Of a DNA stretch of 64,000 nucleotides, positions 52,206 to 62,009 are shown piece after piece; within the stretch, counting starts at the first letter, position 1; each line of letters begins with the position of its first letter. This stretch comes from Syntrophothermus sp. DTU052. GTDB taxonomy: Bacteria; Bacillota; Syntrophomonadia; Syntrophomonadales; DTU052. The stretch spans positions 32,917 to 96,916 of the forward strand of contig LFRU01000057.1 in assembly GCA_001512495.1 (NCBI GenBank), in the 5' to 3' direction. The notes beneath the pieces were generated by a model that made no database searches, was not told where the DNA came from, and saw only the letters and a list, made by a program, of their open reading frames with translations. The position numbers were made by a program, and so were the translations under genes.

Positions 52206-53801
52206 GTGGGGTTACAGTATATTGATGGGATTGATATGGTCAGGATGATCCAGACCGGGGTTGTTCTGTTGGAGAAGAATAAAGCCAGAGTTGATGCCTT
52301 GAACGTATTCCCGGTGCCAGACGGCGACACCGGGACAAACATGTACTTAACCCTGTTGTCGGCAGCGCATGAAGCTGAGAAGCGATTGGACCAAAACATT
52401 GGCAAGGTAAGCAAAGGGATCGCAATGGGTTCATTGATGGGCGCCCGCGGCAACTCCGGTGTTATTCTGTCTCAGGTGTTCCGAGGTATGGCCAAAGAGC
52501 TGGAGCACAAGGAACGGATTGATGCCCGGGGATTGGCGGCGGCTCTTCAGGCGGGGTCGGATGCGGCGTATAAGGCGGTTATGAAGCCGGTGGAAGGTAC
52601 GATTCTTACCATTGTCCGGGAAGTGGCCCGCTCGGCGGCAGCGGAATCAAAGAGAACAAACGATATTGTTGAGGTTATGCAGGCTGCTCTGGAGAGCGGT
52701 AACCGGATGCTGGAACGCACACCGCAAATGCTGCCGGTTTTGAAAGAAGCGGGAGTAATTGATTCAGGAGGACAGGGGTTTCTTTACCTATTTGAGGGAA
52801 TGATGAAGGCCTTATCATCAGAAGAGTTGTCGGCCGTTCAGTTGCTATCAACTGAGCCGTTGCCGTCTGAGGTTGAAACAGAGCCGGAGAGCTTGGATTT
52901 CCAGTACTGTACCGAAACCCTTATCAGGGGTTTCCGACTGCACATTGACCGAATTAGAGAGGAATTGGAGCCTTTAGGCGACTCCGTGCTGGTGGTCGGA
53001 GAAGAGGATATGGTTAAGGTGCATATCCATTCCAACCACCCGGGTAAAGTGCTGGAGGTTTGTCTGTCCTGGGGTACCCTCCACGATATCAAGATTAACA
53101 ACATGGAAGAGGAGACCCAGGCCAGATTGGAGAGCCTGGCTGAGATTAAGAATACGGGGTTGGTCGCAGTAGGCCAGGGCGATGGTTGGGTCCAGATTAT
53201 GAAGAGCCTGGGGGTGGATCAGGTGGTGAGCGGTGGGCAGACCATGAATCCCAGCACTGAGGACCTGCTGCGGGCGGTATCCGACACCAGAGCCCAGGGG
53301 GTAATAATCCTGCCCAATAACAAGAACATAATCATGGCGGCCGAGCAGGCGATGAAGATGGCGGACAAACCGGTAAGGGTGGTGCCGACTACCAGCATAA
53401 CCCAAGCAGTAGCCGCCCTGGTGGCCTATGAGAGCGAAGCGGACCTGGATCAGGTGGCTGAGGCTATGGCCGAGGAGATCGGCCGCGTAAAAACAGGTGA
53501 GGTTACTAATGCGGTTAAAGATTCGTCCATCAACGGTTTGTCTATTAAAGAAGGCGACTATATCGGCCTGATTGATGATAAAGTCGTGGCCAATGGCGAC
53601 AGCGCGGACCATATGGTTCTGGTACTGTTAGAGAGCATGGCCTCCAGCGGCGACCTGATCAGCATCTTTTATGGAGCTGATGTAGATGAAGACAAGGCGA
53701 TAAAGCTCAGGGAACAGGTAGAAGAGAAATACCCTGACTATGATATTGAACTCCATTACGGGGGACAGCCATTTTATCAGTACTTGGTCTCCGTGGAATA
53801 G
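52206..53801 (+). CDS. yloV: DAK2 domain fusion protein YloV
   Basis: VFPVPDGDTGTNMYLTL...GARGNSGVILSQ...PVEGTILTV-like (VEGTILTIVRE) and a C-terminal DegV/YloV-type domain. It sits in the conserved asp23-yloV-recG context. Confidence 0.85.
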   Translation: MGLQYIDGIDMVRMIQTGVVLLEKNKARVDALNVFPVPDGDTGTNMYLTLLSAAHEAEKRLDQNIGKVSKGIAMGSLMGARGNSGVILSQVFRGMAKELEHKERIDARGLAAALQAGSDAAYKAVMKPVEGTILTIVREVARSAAAESKRTNDIVEVMQAALESGNRMLERTPQMLPVLKEAGVIDSGGQGFLYLFEGMMKALSSEELSAVQLLSTEPLPSEVETEPESLDFQYCTETLIRGFRLHIDRIREELEPLGDSVLVVGEEDMVKVHIHSNHPGKVLEVCLSWGTLHDIKINNMEEETQARLESLAEIKNTGLVAVGQGDGWVQIMKSLGVDQVVSGGQTMNPSTEDLLRAVSDTRAQGVIILPNNKNIIMAAEQAMKMADKPVRVVPTTSITQAVAALVAYESEADLDQVAEAMAEEIGRVKTGEVTNAVKDSSINGLSIKEGDYIGLIDDKVVANGDSADHMVLVLLESMASSGDLISIFYGADVDEDKAIKLREQVEEKYPDYDIELHYGGQPFYQYLVSVE

Positions 53802-53839
53802 TATCGCTCAGCCCGGTGGGCTTTGGGGGGGAGATACTC

Positions 53840-55888
53840 TTGAATACTCTGTTTGATCCCGTTCGTTATGTTAAAGGTGTCGGGCCACAGAGAGAAAGAC
53901 ACCTGCAGCGCCTGGGGATAAGCGATGTATATGACCTGTTATGGCATATACCTCGTTCATACATTGACCGGACGGAAACGGTCAAAATCAGAAACCTGCT
54001 GGTGGGAGAGGTAGTATCTATCACAGGAATTATTGAAACGGTGAGAACTTCGGTCAGTTCTCGCCGTATTGCTATTATTAAGGCGGTAATCAGAGATGAC
54101 TCGGGGATGATACCGGTGGTCTGGTTTAATCAGGGTTTCCTGAAAAATGTTCTCAAACCCGGATTGCAGATCTTTGTGAGGGGCAAGGTAAATCTGAATT
54201 ATGGCCAGATGGAACTGTCGGCATATGATTATGCCCTGATCGGTCAGGATAAAACCGATGCCGATCCCGGCATCGATCCGATCTATCCCTCAACCGAGGG
54301 TATCAGTCAGAAGGTATGGCGACAGATGGTTAGAAACGCTCTTGAAAGGTACGCCACGGTCTATCCCGATATTGCTCCCCCCGGAACGAAAGAAGAACTC
54401 GGGTTGTTGCCCGCCCGGCAGGCACTCTGGGGTATCCATTTTCCCGCCCGGTGGGAACAGCAGGAACTCTCCCGGCGCAGCCTGGCGTTTGAAGAGCTTT
54501 TCCTTCTGCAGTTGGCCATCAGACGTGAGCAGAAGTCGTTAAGGGATCCAAACGTGAAGGGCGTAAAAAACACTGAACAGGACGACCTGGTATCTCGGGT
54601 CGTTGGCGGGCTGAAATTCTCTCTTACCGGGGCCCAGAAACGAGTGACGGCCGAGATCTTCAGGGATATGGAGGAAGAGCGTCCCATGAACCGGTTGATT
54701 CAGGGGGATGTGGGCTCAGGGAAGACCATAGTTGCTGCTTTGGCGATGGCTAAAGCGGTAAGCAGCGGCTATCAGGCGGCATTGATGGCTCCTACGGAGA
54801 TACTGGCCCTGCAGCATTATGAAACCCTAAAAAAAGTCTTTCCTCCCGATATCCGGGTGGCAATTCTGACCGGTTCTATTACGGCAAAAAGGCGGGAAGA
54901 GATACTAACAGGAACCGCTGAGGGACACTACCACATCCTGGTGGGAACCCATGCCCTGATTCAGGAGAGTGTTGTCTTCAAGAAACTCAGTCTGGCGGTA
55001 ATTGATGAACAGCACCGATTTGGGGTCAGTCAGAGAGCCCTATTGGGACAAAAAGGGTTTCTACCGGATGTGCTGGTGATGAGTGCCACTCCGATTCCCC
55101 GCACCCTGGCCTTGACGGTATACGGTGATCTGGATATCTCTACTATTGACGAAGTGCCCCCCGGAAGATTGCCGGTTAAGACCGTGGCTCTGCGCGAATC
55201 AGGGCGGGATAAAGCATACCAATTCCTGTTGAAGCAGGTTAAGCGGGGACGTCAGGGCTATGTAGTCTGTCCCCTGATTGAAGAGTCGGAAAAACAGGAT
55301 CTAACTGATGCAACCGCTCTTTACCAGCGTCTCCAAGCCGGCGTATTCCGCCATCATACGGTCGGTCTGCTGCACGGACGCATGAAGCCGGCTGAAAAGG
55401 ACCGGGTGGTGGATGACTTTCGCCGTGGAGAAATTGAGGTGCTGGTCAGCACCACGGTTGTTGAAGTAGGGGTTGATATTCCCAATGCCACGGTGATGAT
55501 CGTCGAATCGGCAGAAAGGTTTGGGCTTTCCCAGCTCCACCAGTTGCGGGGAAGGGTAGGCCGGGGAGCAGAACAGGCCTACTGCATCCTGCTGGGCAAC
55601 CCGCGTACTGAGGTGGGGCTGAAACGGTTGAAGGTGATGGAGAGAACCAATGACGGTTTTGAGATTGCCAACGAGGACCTGCGTTTAAGGGGCCCCGGTG
55701 ATATATGGGGGCTTAAGCAGCACGGTTTGCCGGAACTCAAACTCACTGATCTGTGGAAGGACAGCGATCTGCTGCATATCACGCGGGATATCGCGGCCCA
55801 ATCGGTTTCACTGCTGGAGGAAAGCCGAACCATTCAGCAGCTCCTAAACAAGAAGTATCCCCGCACGGAAAACATTGCCGCCAACTGA
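53840..55888 (+). CDS. recG: ATP-dependent DNA helicase RecG
   Basis: VKGVGPQRERHLQRLGI...LTGAQKRV...QGDVGSGKT (Walker A)...VIDEQHRFGV (DEQH)...QLHQLRGRVGRG. Confidence 0.9.
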   Translation: MNTLFDPVRYVKGVGPQRERHLQRLGISDVYDLLWHIPRSYIDRTETVKIRNLLVGEVVSITGIIETVRTSVSSRRIAIIKAVIRDDSGMIPVVWFNQGFLKNVLKPGLQIFVRGKVNLNYGQMELSAYDYALIGQDKTDADPGIDPIYPSTEGISQKVWRQMVRNALERYATVYPDIAPPGTKEELGLLPARQALWGIHFPARWEQQELSRRSLAFEELFLLQLAIRREQKSLRDPNVKGVKNTEQDDLVSRVVGGLKFSLTGAQKRVTAEIFRDMEEERPMNRLIQGDVGSGKTIVAALAMAKAVSSGYQAALMAPTEILALQHYETLKKVFPPDIRVAILTGSITAKRREEILTGTAEGHYHILVGTHALIQESVVFKKLSLAVIDEQHRFGVSQRALLGQKGFLPDVLVMSATPIPRTLALTVYGDLDISTIDEVPPGRLPVKTVALRESGRDKAYQFLLKQVKRGRQGYVVCPLIEESEKQDLTDATALYQRLQAGVFRHHTVGLLHGRMKPAEKDRVVDDFRRGEIEVLVSTTVVEVGVDIPNATVMIVESAERFGLSQLHQLRGRVGRGAEQAYCILLGNPRTEVGLKRLKVMERTNDGFEIANEDLRLRGPGDIWGLKQHGLPELKLTDLWKDSDLLHITRDIAAQSVSLLEESRTIQQLLNKKYPRTENIAAN

Positions 55889-55978
55889 GAGCAGAAGCAA
55901 AGTCCGGATCCTGTCCCCGGAAATGAACAGGTTCTGCATCATGGTGCGTGAAAACGAAATTCATCCCCACTGGTACAA

Positions 55979-56938
55979 CTAGGAAGCATAGAGTTCCAAC
56001 TGTTCCCGTGAAATACCGGGGAACAGTGCATAAGCAATTCCATAGGCAATGACGTTGGATATGTTTTCGACCAGATCGTCAATCTCCTTGGGGGTTACCG
56101 TAAGGCTGCCGCCGAAGTAAGAGAGAACCGGCTTAATAGCGTTCAGGCTGCTTTGCCGGTTGTACTGAATATTGTTGTTCTGACAAAACACCTGTATGGA
56201 TTGACTGGCTATGACTGCGGCATTTACAACCATGGGGCAGCCGATAGCAATGACCGGCACTCCCAGGGACTGCTGGTTTATAGCCTGTTGGCTCGGGGTG
56301 CCTACCGCCGACCCCGGCTGGATCCCGGTATCAGAGATCTGGATGGTTGTACCTATGCGCTCGGTACTCTGAGCAGAAAGGGAGTCAATCACCAGTACCA
56401 AGGCCGGTTGGACTTTTTCCACCACCCCTTTGATTATCTCAAAGGTCTCAATACCGGTGGTGCCCAGGACTCCGGGAGCCATGGCGCAGACCGGGCGCAT
56501 ACCTTCCACCAGCGCCTGGGGGGCATACCTTGAATAATGCCGGGTTACCGGACTGGATTCTACCGTCTTGGGACCAAGCGCATCTGGAGTGGCCCTCCAG
56601 TTACCCAGGCCAATGATTAAAACCGTGGCATTCTTGTCGATTCTATCCACCACGCCTTTGAGTTTTGCGGCAATGGACCTTGAGACCTCTTCATGGACTT
56701 CAGGGTGTCTGATGCGCAGGTCTTTGGCTTCAATGGTGATGTAAGTGCCCACCGGCTTACCCATTCTTTGTGCGGCGGCCTGGTCTTTAATCCTGATGGT
56801 GGTTATTTTGCCGTGGGTTAGTTCCTCTATCTCCTCAACAACTCCGGGGATTTCCTGATCAGTATCTCCTCTGACAATGTCCCGGGCTTCCATAGCCAGA
56901 TCAACCTGTAGAGAAAATTCGCGCAGTATTTCATTCAT
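55979..56938 (-). CDS. gpr: GPR endopeptidase (spore germination protease)
   Basis: LQVDLAMEARDIV...GKPVGTYITIEA...VLIIGLGNWRATPDALGP...VLVIDSL...TIQISDTGIQPGS. GGGAGG lies 9 nt before the ATG. Confidence 0.85.
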   Translation of the reverse strand: MNEILREFSLQVDLAMEARDIVRGDTDQEIPGVVEEIEELTHGKITTIRIKDQAAAQRMGKPVGTYITIEAKDLRIRHPEVHEEVSRSIAAKLKGVVDRIDKNATVLIIGLGNWRATPDALGPKTVESSPVTRHYSRYAPQALVEGMRPVCAMAPGVLGTTGIETFEIIKGVVEKVQPALVLVIDSLSAQSTERIGTTIQISDTGIQPGSAVGTPSQQAINQQSLGVPVIAIGCPMVVNAAVIASQSIQVFCQNNNIQYNRQSSLNAIKPVLSYFGGSLTVTPKEIDDLVENISNVIAYGIAYALFPGISREQLELYAS

Positions 56939-57356
56939 GCTTCCCGACCTCCCAAGTAAATAAAAAACAACTGGGGCGAAAGAACGCTTTTGACTCCAAT
57001 CTGGATTTTACGGTAAGTAAACCGTGACCGGCCTCTACTGTCTGCCCTATATAGTCTTGGATCAAATTCCGGTTTATTATCCGGGAAAGCTTCTCTTAAT
57101 TGGATGGTTATTAATACCATTCGGTGTTTTTCCAAATAAACGGCGGCTGATTGGTATTTCAGCCGCCTTAAGTTTGGGGAGAGGAGAATTTTGTAAAGTT
57201 GTTGGGGAGGGTTTGTTTTTTTCCGGGTGCTTATCCCCGGTTGAAGATATCATTCCCGGTGAGTCCAAGAATAATACATTATTTTTGCGATTTTTTTCTC
57301 ATGCTTTTTTGTTATGCTATAATCTTGGAAAAAGGAATAACTGGAGGAACGGTTCT

Positions 57357-57908
57357 TTGAGGGTGATTGCCGGCATAACCAAGGGCAGAAAGCTTAAAGT
57401 CCCAAAAAGGTCCGATATCCGGCCGATAACTGGCAACATTAAAGAGGCGTTGTTCAATACCATTGGGCCTTACCTGGAGGGCAAGACCTTTCTGGACCTT
57501 TTCGCAGGAAGCGGAGCAGTCGGGATAGAAGCATTAAGTCGACTGGCAGAAAAAGCGGTATTTGTTGAACTCAATCCCCGGGCAGTGACCGTTCTGCAGG
57601 AAAACCTTGAAACCTGTCAACTGAGTTCAAAAGCACGGATCATTAGAGGGGACGTTTTTCGCGTCGTTAACCAGTTAGCGCGGGAAAAGGCTTCCTTTGA
57701 CATCATTTATGTTGATCCTCCATTCCGCAAGGTGGCGTATTTTCCCAAAATTATGGCCTGTCTGGAGGTGCTGTTGAACCAACAGGGAGTCGTCATAATA
57801 AGAAGTCCAAAATCGCTGGAAATGGCTGAGGAGGTGAACGGTCTAACCAGGTTCAGGATGAATGTCTACGGGGATTCCGTACTGAGTTACTATCACCGGG
57901 CCAAGTGA
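57357..57908 (+). CDS. rsmD: 16S rRNA (guanine966-N2)-methyltransferase RsmD
   Basis: RVIAGITKGRKLKVPK...RPITGNIKEALFN...LDLFAGSGAVGIEALSR...IYVDPPF. TTG 57357 is 8 nt after CTGGAGGA, and a TGcTATAAT extended -10 element lies at 57315-57323. The track extension back to 57024 is not supported. Confidence 0.85.
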   Translation: MRVIAGITKGRKLKVPKRSDIRPITGNIKEALFNTIGPYLEGKTFLDLFAGSGAVGIEALSRLAEKAVFVELNPRAVTVLQENLETCQLSSKARIIRGDVFRVVNQLAREKASFDIIYVDPPFRKVAYFPKIMACLEVLLNQQGVVIIRSPKSLEMAEEVNGLTRFRMNVYGDSVLSYYHRAK

Positions 57909-57936
57909 ATTATGACAGACTACGGGGGGATTTTTA

Positions 57937-58392
57937 ATGGAGATAATCGTGCTCCTGGATGATTTGGAAGATGAAATCAAGAACGCCAAAAGGATGCCAT
58001 TAACCTCGAAATCCTTAATAGATGTTGATTACTTTCTGGAAAAGCTGGATCGCATCCGGGCGGTGCTGCCGGAAGAGATAAAAACCGCGATAAAGATAAT
58101 CGATGAAAGGGACAGGATATTTGAAGATGCCCGCCGAGAATCCAAGTATATCCTGGATGATACCAGATTCCAGGCGGCCAAACTGATTTCCGATGACGAG
58201 ATTACCAAGAGTGCCAGCCAGGTAGCGGAGGAGATGATCAGCAAGTCCAAGGCTTTATCCCAGGAAATAAGAGAGGGTGCCAATCAATATGCGGTAGAGC
58301 TTTTAACCTACCTGGAAAAAGTGCTTAATGAAAGCCTTAAGTCAGTTGAACAGGGGTTACAGGAACTTAACGAATGGACCCCGAAAACCTGA
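57937..58392 (+). CDS. hypothetical coiled-coil protein (151 aa)
   Basis: The sequence is acidic and helical (LDDLEDEIKNAKRMP...EEIKTAIKIIDERDRIFEDARRE...AEEMISKSKALSQEIREGANQYA). A GGGGGGA SD lies upstream. I do not recognise the family with confidence. Confidence 0.5.
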   Translation: MEIIVLLDDLEDEIKNAKRMPLTSKSLIDVDYFLEKLDRIRAVLPEEIKTAIKIIDERDRIFEDARRESKYILDDTRFQAAKLISDDEITKSASQVAEEMISKSKALSQEIREGANQYAVELLTYLEKVLNESLKSVEQGLQELNEWTPKT

Positions 58393-59554
58393 TGCTGCTT
58401 AGCCAGGAGATTAAACAGATCATCAGCAGGACTGCTGTGCTCCACATAATCCCCTGACAGCTTGCCCGCAGAAAGTCGACGGCCACAGGCATTGATGAAA
58501 ACAAAGGAGAGGTAGGAGCAGCCAGCAGGGGTAGGTTGGCCGGCCACAGTGTAAAGCCGATCAGTGTTAAGCCCAGTGATAGCAGGATTTGTAGCAGGCG
58601 GGTCTTCATGTAGAACCAATAGCGAACCGGAGTGCCGGCTACCAGGCTCATCACCTGTGCCTGTACCGACAGGCCGCTCCATGCCAGTACCCCTGAGACC
58701 GCCAGCAGTTTTTCCAGTTCAGGAGCAGTCGAGGCCGCTATAGCCTGTGCTCCAATCGTCATCTCGAAGCACCCCAATCCCAATCCTATGGCAGTTGCAT
58801 AGGATGCCCCCAGAAATCGAAATACACCAGCCAGCTCGAATATTACTCCCCACCGGGATAAAGCCGCACTCAGCACGGAAAAAATAATTATAAAGCCTCC
58901 CACCATGGCGGTATTGAGGAGGGCCTTTTTTATTGATTCTCCCAGCATATGCCCGGGGCCTTTGCTCTGGCGGTTTGCTCGCAACAACTCGGCCAGGCCC
59001 AGTGAAAGGAGGTTCCCGCGGACACGGTATCCACCAGGTGATTGAGGAGCTTTACGGCCAATAAGAAAGCCCACCAGGAGGTTGGAGAGGTAATGGGCGG
59101 CTGCCAGGAGATAACCGACTACAGGGTTATGTAACAGACCGGTTCCTACCACCCCGATAATAAAAAGCGGGCTGGCGTTATTGGTGAAACTGGCCAGCCT
59201 CTCGGCCTCATGATTGGATAATGATCCCTGTTCATAAAGCTGACGGGTAAGCACCGCGCCCACCGGAAAACCTGAAGTAAACCCCATGGCCACTACAAAC
59301 CCGGCCGCACCGGGCAGGCGGAAAACAGGACGCATAACAGGTTCCAGGATTACTCCCATAAAATGAACTACCCCCAAAGCCACCATAAGGTCGCAGACGA
59401 CAAAAAAGGGAAAAAGAGCAGGAAGTACCGCATTAAACCAGAGCTTAAGTCCGGTGGTGGAAGCCTCCAGGGTGGCGGCTGGTTCGACAATCATAAAAAT
59501 GGCCAAGGCCACAGCCAGAAAAGCTCCCAGCATTGCGGGCCAGGGTTTCATCAT
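58367..59554 (-). CDS. ylbJ: sporulation integral membrane protein YlbJ (nucleoside-recognition domain family)
   Basis: The 395-aa polytopic protein has GLKLWFNAVLPALFPFFV...ILEPVMRPVFRLPG...FTSGFPVGA...NNASPLF. Confidence 0.8.
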   Translation of the reverse strand: MMKPWPAMLGAFLAVALAIFMIVEPAATLEASTTGLKLWFNAVLPALFPFFVVCDLMVALGVVHFMGVILEPVMRPVFRLPGAAGFVVAMGFTSGFPVGAVLTRQLYEQGSLSNHEAERLASFTNNASPLFIIGVVGTGLLHNPVVGYLLAAAHYLSNLLVGFLIGRKAPQSPGGYRVRGNLLSLGLAELLRANRQSKGPGHMLGESIKKALLNTAMVGGFIIIFSVLSAALSRWGVIFELAGVFRFLGASYATAIGLGLGCFEMTIGAQAIAASTAPELEKLLAVSGVLAWSGLSVQAQVMSLVAGTPVRYWFYMKTRLLQILLSLGLTLIGFTLWPANLPLLAAPTSPLFSSMPVAVDFLRASCQGIMWSTAVLLMICLISWLSSIRFSGSIR

Positions 59555-59767
59555 CTGCCTCCTTTTTCGGGTTCGTCCATCTCCAGACCAAACAGCGTCC
59601 GCATTAAATTATAGTGAGGGCGGCCAATATCTAGAAGTTAAAACTAAATCGATGTACCATATAAAAGTAAGCAGGTAAATTAATAGCAGTAACGCTGTAG
59701 CCGAAAATGGCAGGGAAAACAGGCCGTGTAAAAACCCGTAAGAAACTCGGTTGTAGAGCGAGGTGGC

Positions 59768-60610
59768 ATGATGAACAACAGTAAACCCGGGATAGGGTTG
59801 GTGCTGGGAGCCGGCAGTGCTCGCGGTCTGGCGCATATTGGGGTCCTTCAGGTTCTGATTGAAAACCGGATCCCGTTTGACTTCCTGGTGGGAAGCAGTA
59901 TGGGAGCTGTGATTGCCGCTATTTATGCCTGTGGAGGCGATATCTACATGACCGGAAAGCTGGCATCGGCGTTAAACACCTCCATATTATGGGATGTAGG
60001 CATACCGAGAATGGGTTTTGTAAGCGGCAAAAAGATCGAGCACTTTTTACGGCTCCTTACCAAAGGTAAGTCATTTGAGGATCTGGCCGTGCCTCTGGCA
60101 GTGGTGGCTACTGACATTGAAAACGGGGAAAAGGTCGTGATCCGGGAGGGTCCGGTGCATACTGCGGTGAGGGCCAGCATATCAATCCCCGGGGTGTTTG
60201 CTCCAGTCCGCTATAGGAATCGCCTGCTGGTGGACGGGGCGGTGGCTGAACGGCTGCCGGTGGGAGTGGCTCGCGACCTGGGAGCCGATATAGTTATCGG
60301 AGTGGACGTAACCTTTGCCGAGGATCGCCAAACCCATATACGCAACACCCTGGATGTTATCCTGCAGGCGATAGAAATCCTGGAACGCCAAATATTTACG
60401 CAGATCACACGCCATCAGGCCACAGTCCTGCTTCAGCCAAGGCTGGGAAATATCAAATCAAATGAGTTCAACCGGGCCGAAGAGTGTATCGGGAGGGGGA
60501 GAGAATGCGCGGAAGCGAAATTGGATGAGATCAGATCGGTTCTTGAATCCGCCGGAAGGATCAGAGCCGACAGCCGGTCGCAAACGGGTGTTATTGTTGC
60601 GGATTCATAG
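59768..60610 (+). CDS. patatin-like phospholipase (YlbK/RssA type)
   Basis: IGLVLGAGSARGLAHIGVL is the GGxR-type oxyanion hole, GSSMGA is the GxSxG motif, and VDGAV is the DGA/G motif. Confidence 0.85.
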   Translation: MMNNSKPGIGLVLGAGSARGLAHIGVLQVLIENRIPFDFLVGSSMGAVIAAIYACGGDIYMTGKLASALNTSILWDVGIPRMGFVSGKKIEHFLRLLTKGKSFEDLAVPLAVVATDIENGEKVVIREGPVHTAVRASISIPGVFAPVRYRNRLLVDGAVAERLPVGVARDLGADIVIGVDVTFAEDRQTHIRNTLDVILQAIEILERQIFTQITRHQATVLLQPRLGNIKSNEFNRAEECIGRGRECAEAKLDEIRSVLESAGRIRADSRSQTGVIVADS

Positions 60611-61858
60611 AGAGCCGTCTCTATACTGAACCGGCGAACGCAGAAAGTCCAGGCCGCCTCGTCCGGGATAAGGCTGGATTAAAGCATGAAGATCGGTGGC
60701 CAGGAAATCATAAGCCATCATCTGTGATATCAGTGGAGTTTTGTAATGTCGGAGGTTACCAGTTTTTGTGACAACCGGCACTGCTGAAATCGCCTTCATA
60801 TCGTGCAGGATTTTTTGTCCTTGTGGAGAAAAACCTAAAAGACGAAGGTATTGCGGTCCGTTGGTATCGAAAATTGCGGCCACGTCTTTGGTAAAATTCA
60901 GCAGGATGTAGAGCAGAATGCGGCTGATCCGCGTATAACTGTAACGACGGGTCTTAATAGATGTGATCAGTTCATCACGGGAGTTACATACCGGTGCCAA
61001 CTTATGGATTCGGTTTTCCAGTCCTTCGCTGACATCATAGATTTGACGTAAATCATCTGTGCTCATGCGGCTTAGTGAATAGCGGATAAGATGAAACATG
61101 GAATGTGAGGATACAGGACCGGAGCCGGTAGTGAATTCCCGGGCCAGGATTTCTCTTGTAATTGCGGGAAGTCCCTTGATCTCAGCCAGAGGACGCATAT
61201 TTTCGATTTCGTTGCGAATAGCTGTGGCACTGGCGAATTCAGCATCGCCCAGCTGGTGGTATCCCTGCCCCAACCGGGGGATGGTTATCGGTATCAGGGT
61301 GGATTCTTCCGCCAGCAAGGCGCGCAAGTATTCCACGGCCAGGATGTTATTGGGGAGGCTCAGTATCCCGTGCCGGCAGCAGCATGGAATAGCTCCGCCG
61401 GCATGGATATATTCATCAAGTGCATTGGAGCGGGCTTGGGGATAGGAATTACCTTTCCGAAGCTGTGTTTTTAACAGATGGACAAACTCCGGGGGCTCCT
61501 GGTGGAGGATTCTTGCTACCTCCTGCAGAGGTTTTATCTCTCCCAACTCGCTCCCAAAACTCAGGTGAGTGGTTATACCGGTTCTTTGGAGCAGGGAGAC
61601 CCCTCCACGGGCGAAATGGTAAGCACTGCGGGCCGCGAATACAAACGGTAACTCAAAAACCAGATCCGCTCCTGCCTTAAGCGCCATCTCAGCCCGGGCC
61701 CATTTGTTGACCAGCGCGGGTTCACCTCGCTGGGTAAAACTGCCGCTGATAACGCAGATAACACCGCGGGCGCCGGTTAAACGGCGCGAGGTCTTAATAT
61801 GATGAAGATGGCCGTTATGCAATGGATTATACTCGGCTATAATCCCGACTATCGGCAT
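60605..61858 (-). CDS. tmcAL: tRNA(Met) cytidine acetate ligase (YlbM/TmcAL, UPF0348)
   Basis: MPIVGIIAEYNPLHNGHLHHI...VISGSFTQRGEP...RAEMALKAGADLVFELP. The start was moved to ATG 61858. Confidence 0.85.
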   Translation of the reverse strand: MPIVGIIAEYNPLHNGHLHHIKTSRRLTGARGVICVISGSFTQRGEPALVNKWARAEMALKAGADLVFELPFVFAARSAYHFARGGVSLLQRTGITTHLSFGSELGEIKPLQEVARILHQEPPEFVHLLKTQLRKGNSYPQARSNALDEYIHAGGAIPCCCRHGILSLPNNILAVEYLRALLAEESTLIPITIPRLGQGYHQLGDAEFASATAIRNEIENMRPLAEIKGLPAITREILAREFTTGSGPVSSHSMFHLIRYSLSRMSTDDLRQIYDVSEGLENRIHKLAPVCNSRDELITSIKTRRYSYTRISRILLYILLNFTKDVAAIFDTNGPQYLRLLGFSPQGQKILHDMKAISAVPVVTKTGNLRHYKTPLISQMMAYDFLATDLHALIQPYPGRGGLDFLRSPVQYRDGSL

Positions 61859-62009
61859 AGTTTTCCCCCTGGGGGCAGGATAAATTAATTCTAGCACAAT
61901 AGTACCAGTATTTGTTTTCCTTCACCAAAGCTTGTGATAATATTAGCAATGGATGAAAGGGGCTGTAGGCCAGCGGTGCCTGGCAGATAATAAAGAATAA
62001 AGGAGGCAA

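Noticed and set aside
57024-57356. A 111-codon N-terminal extension of rsmD in the track ORF 57024-57908, which would add a hydrophobic domain.
   Set aside because: RsmD homologs begin at the RVIAG motif. A TGcTATAAT promoter element (57315-57323) and a CTGGAGGA SD lie inside the supposed extension. The extension also contains a 9-bp hairpin (GGCGGCTGA/TCAGCCGCC) typical of intergenic DNA. The open frame is fortuitous.
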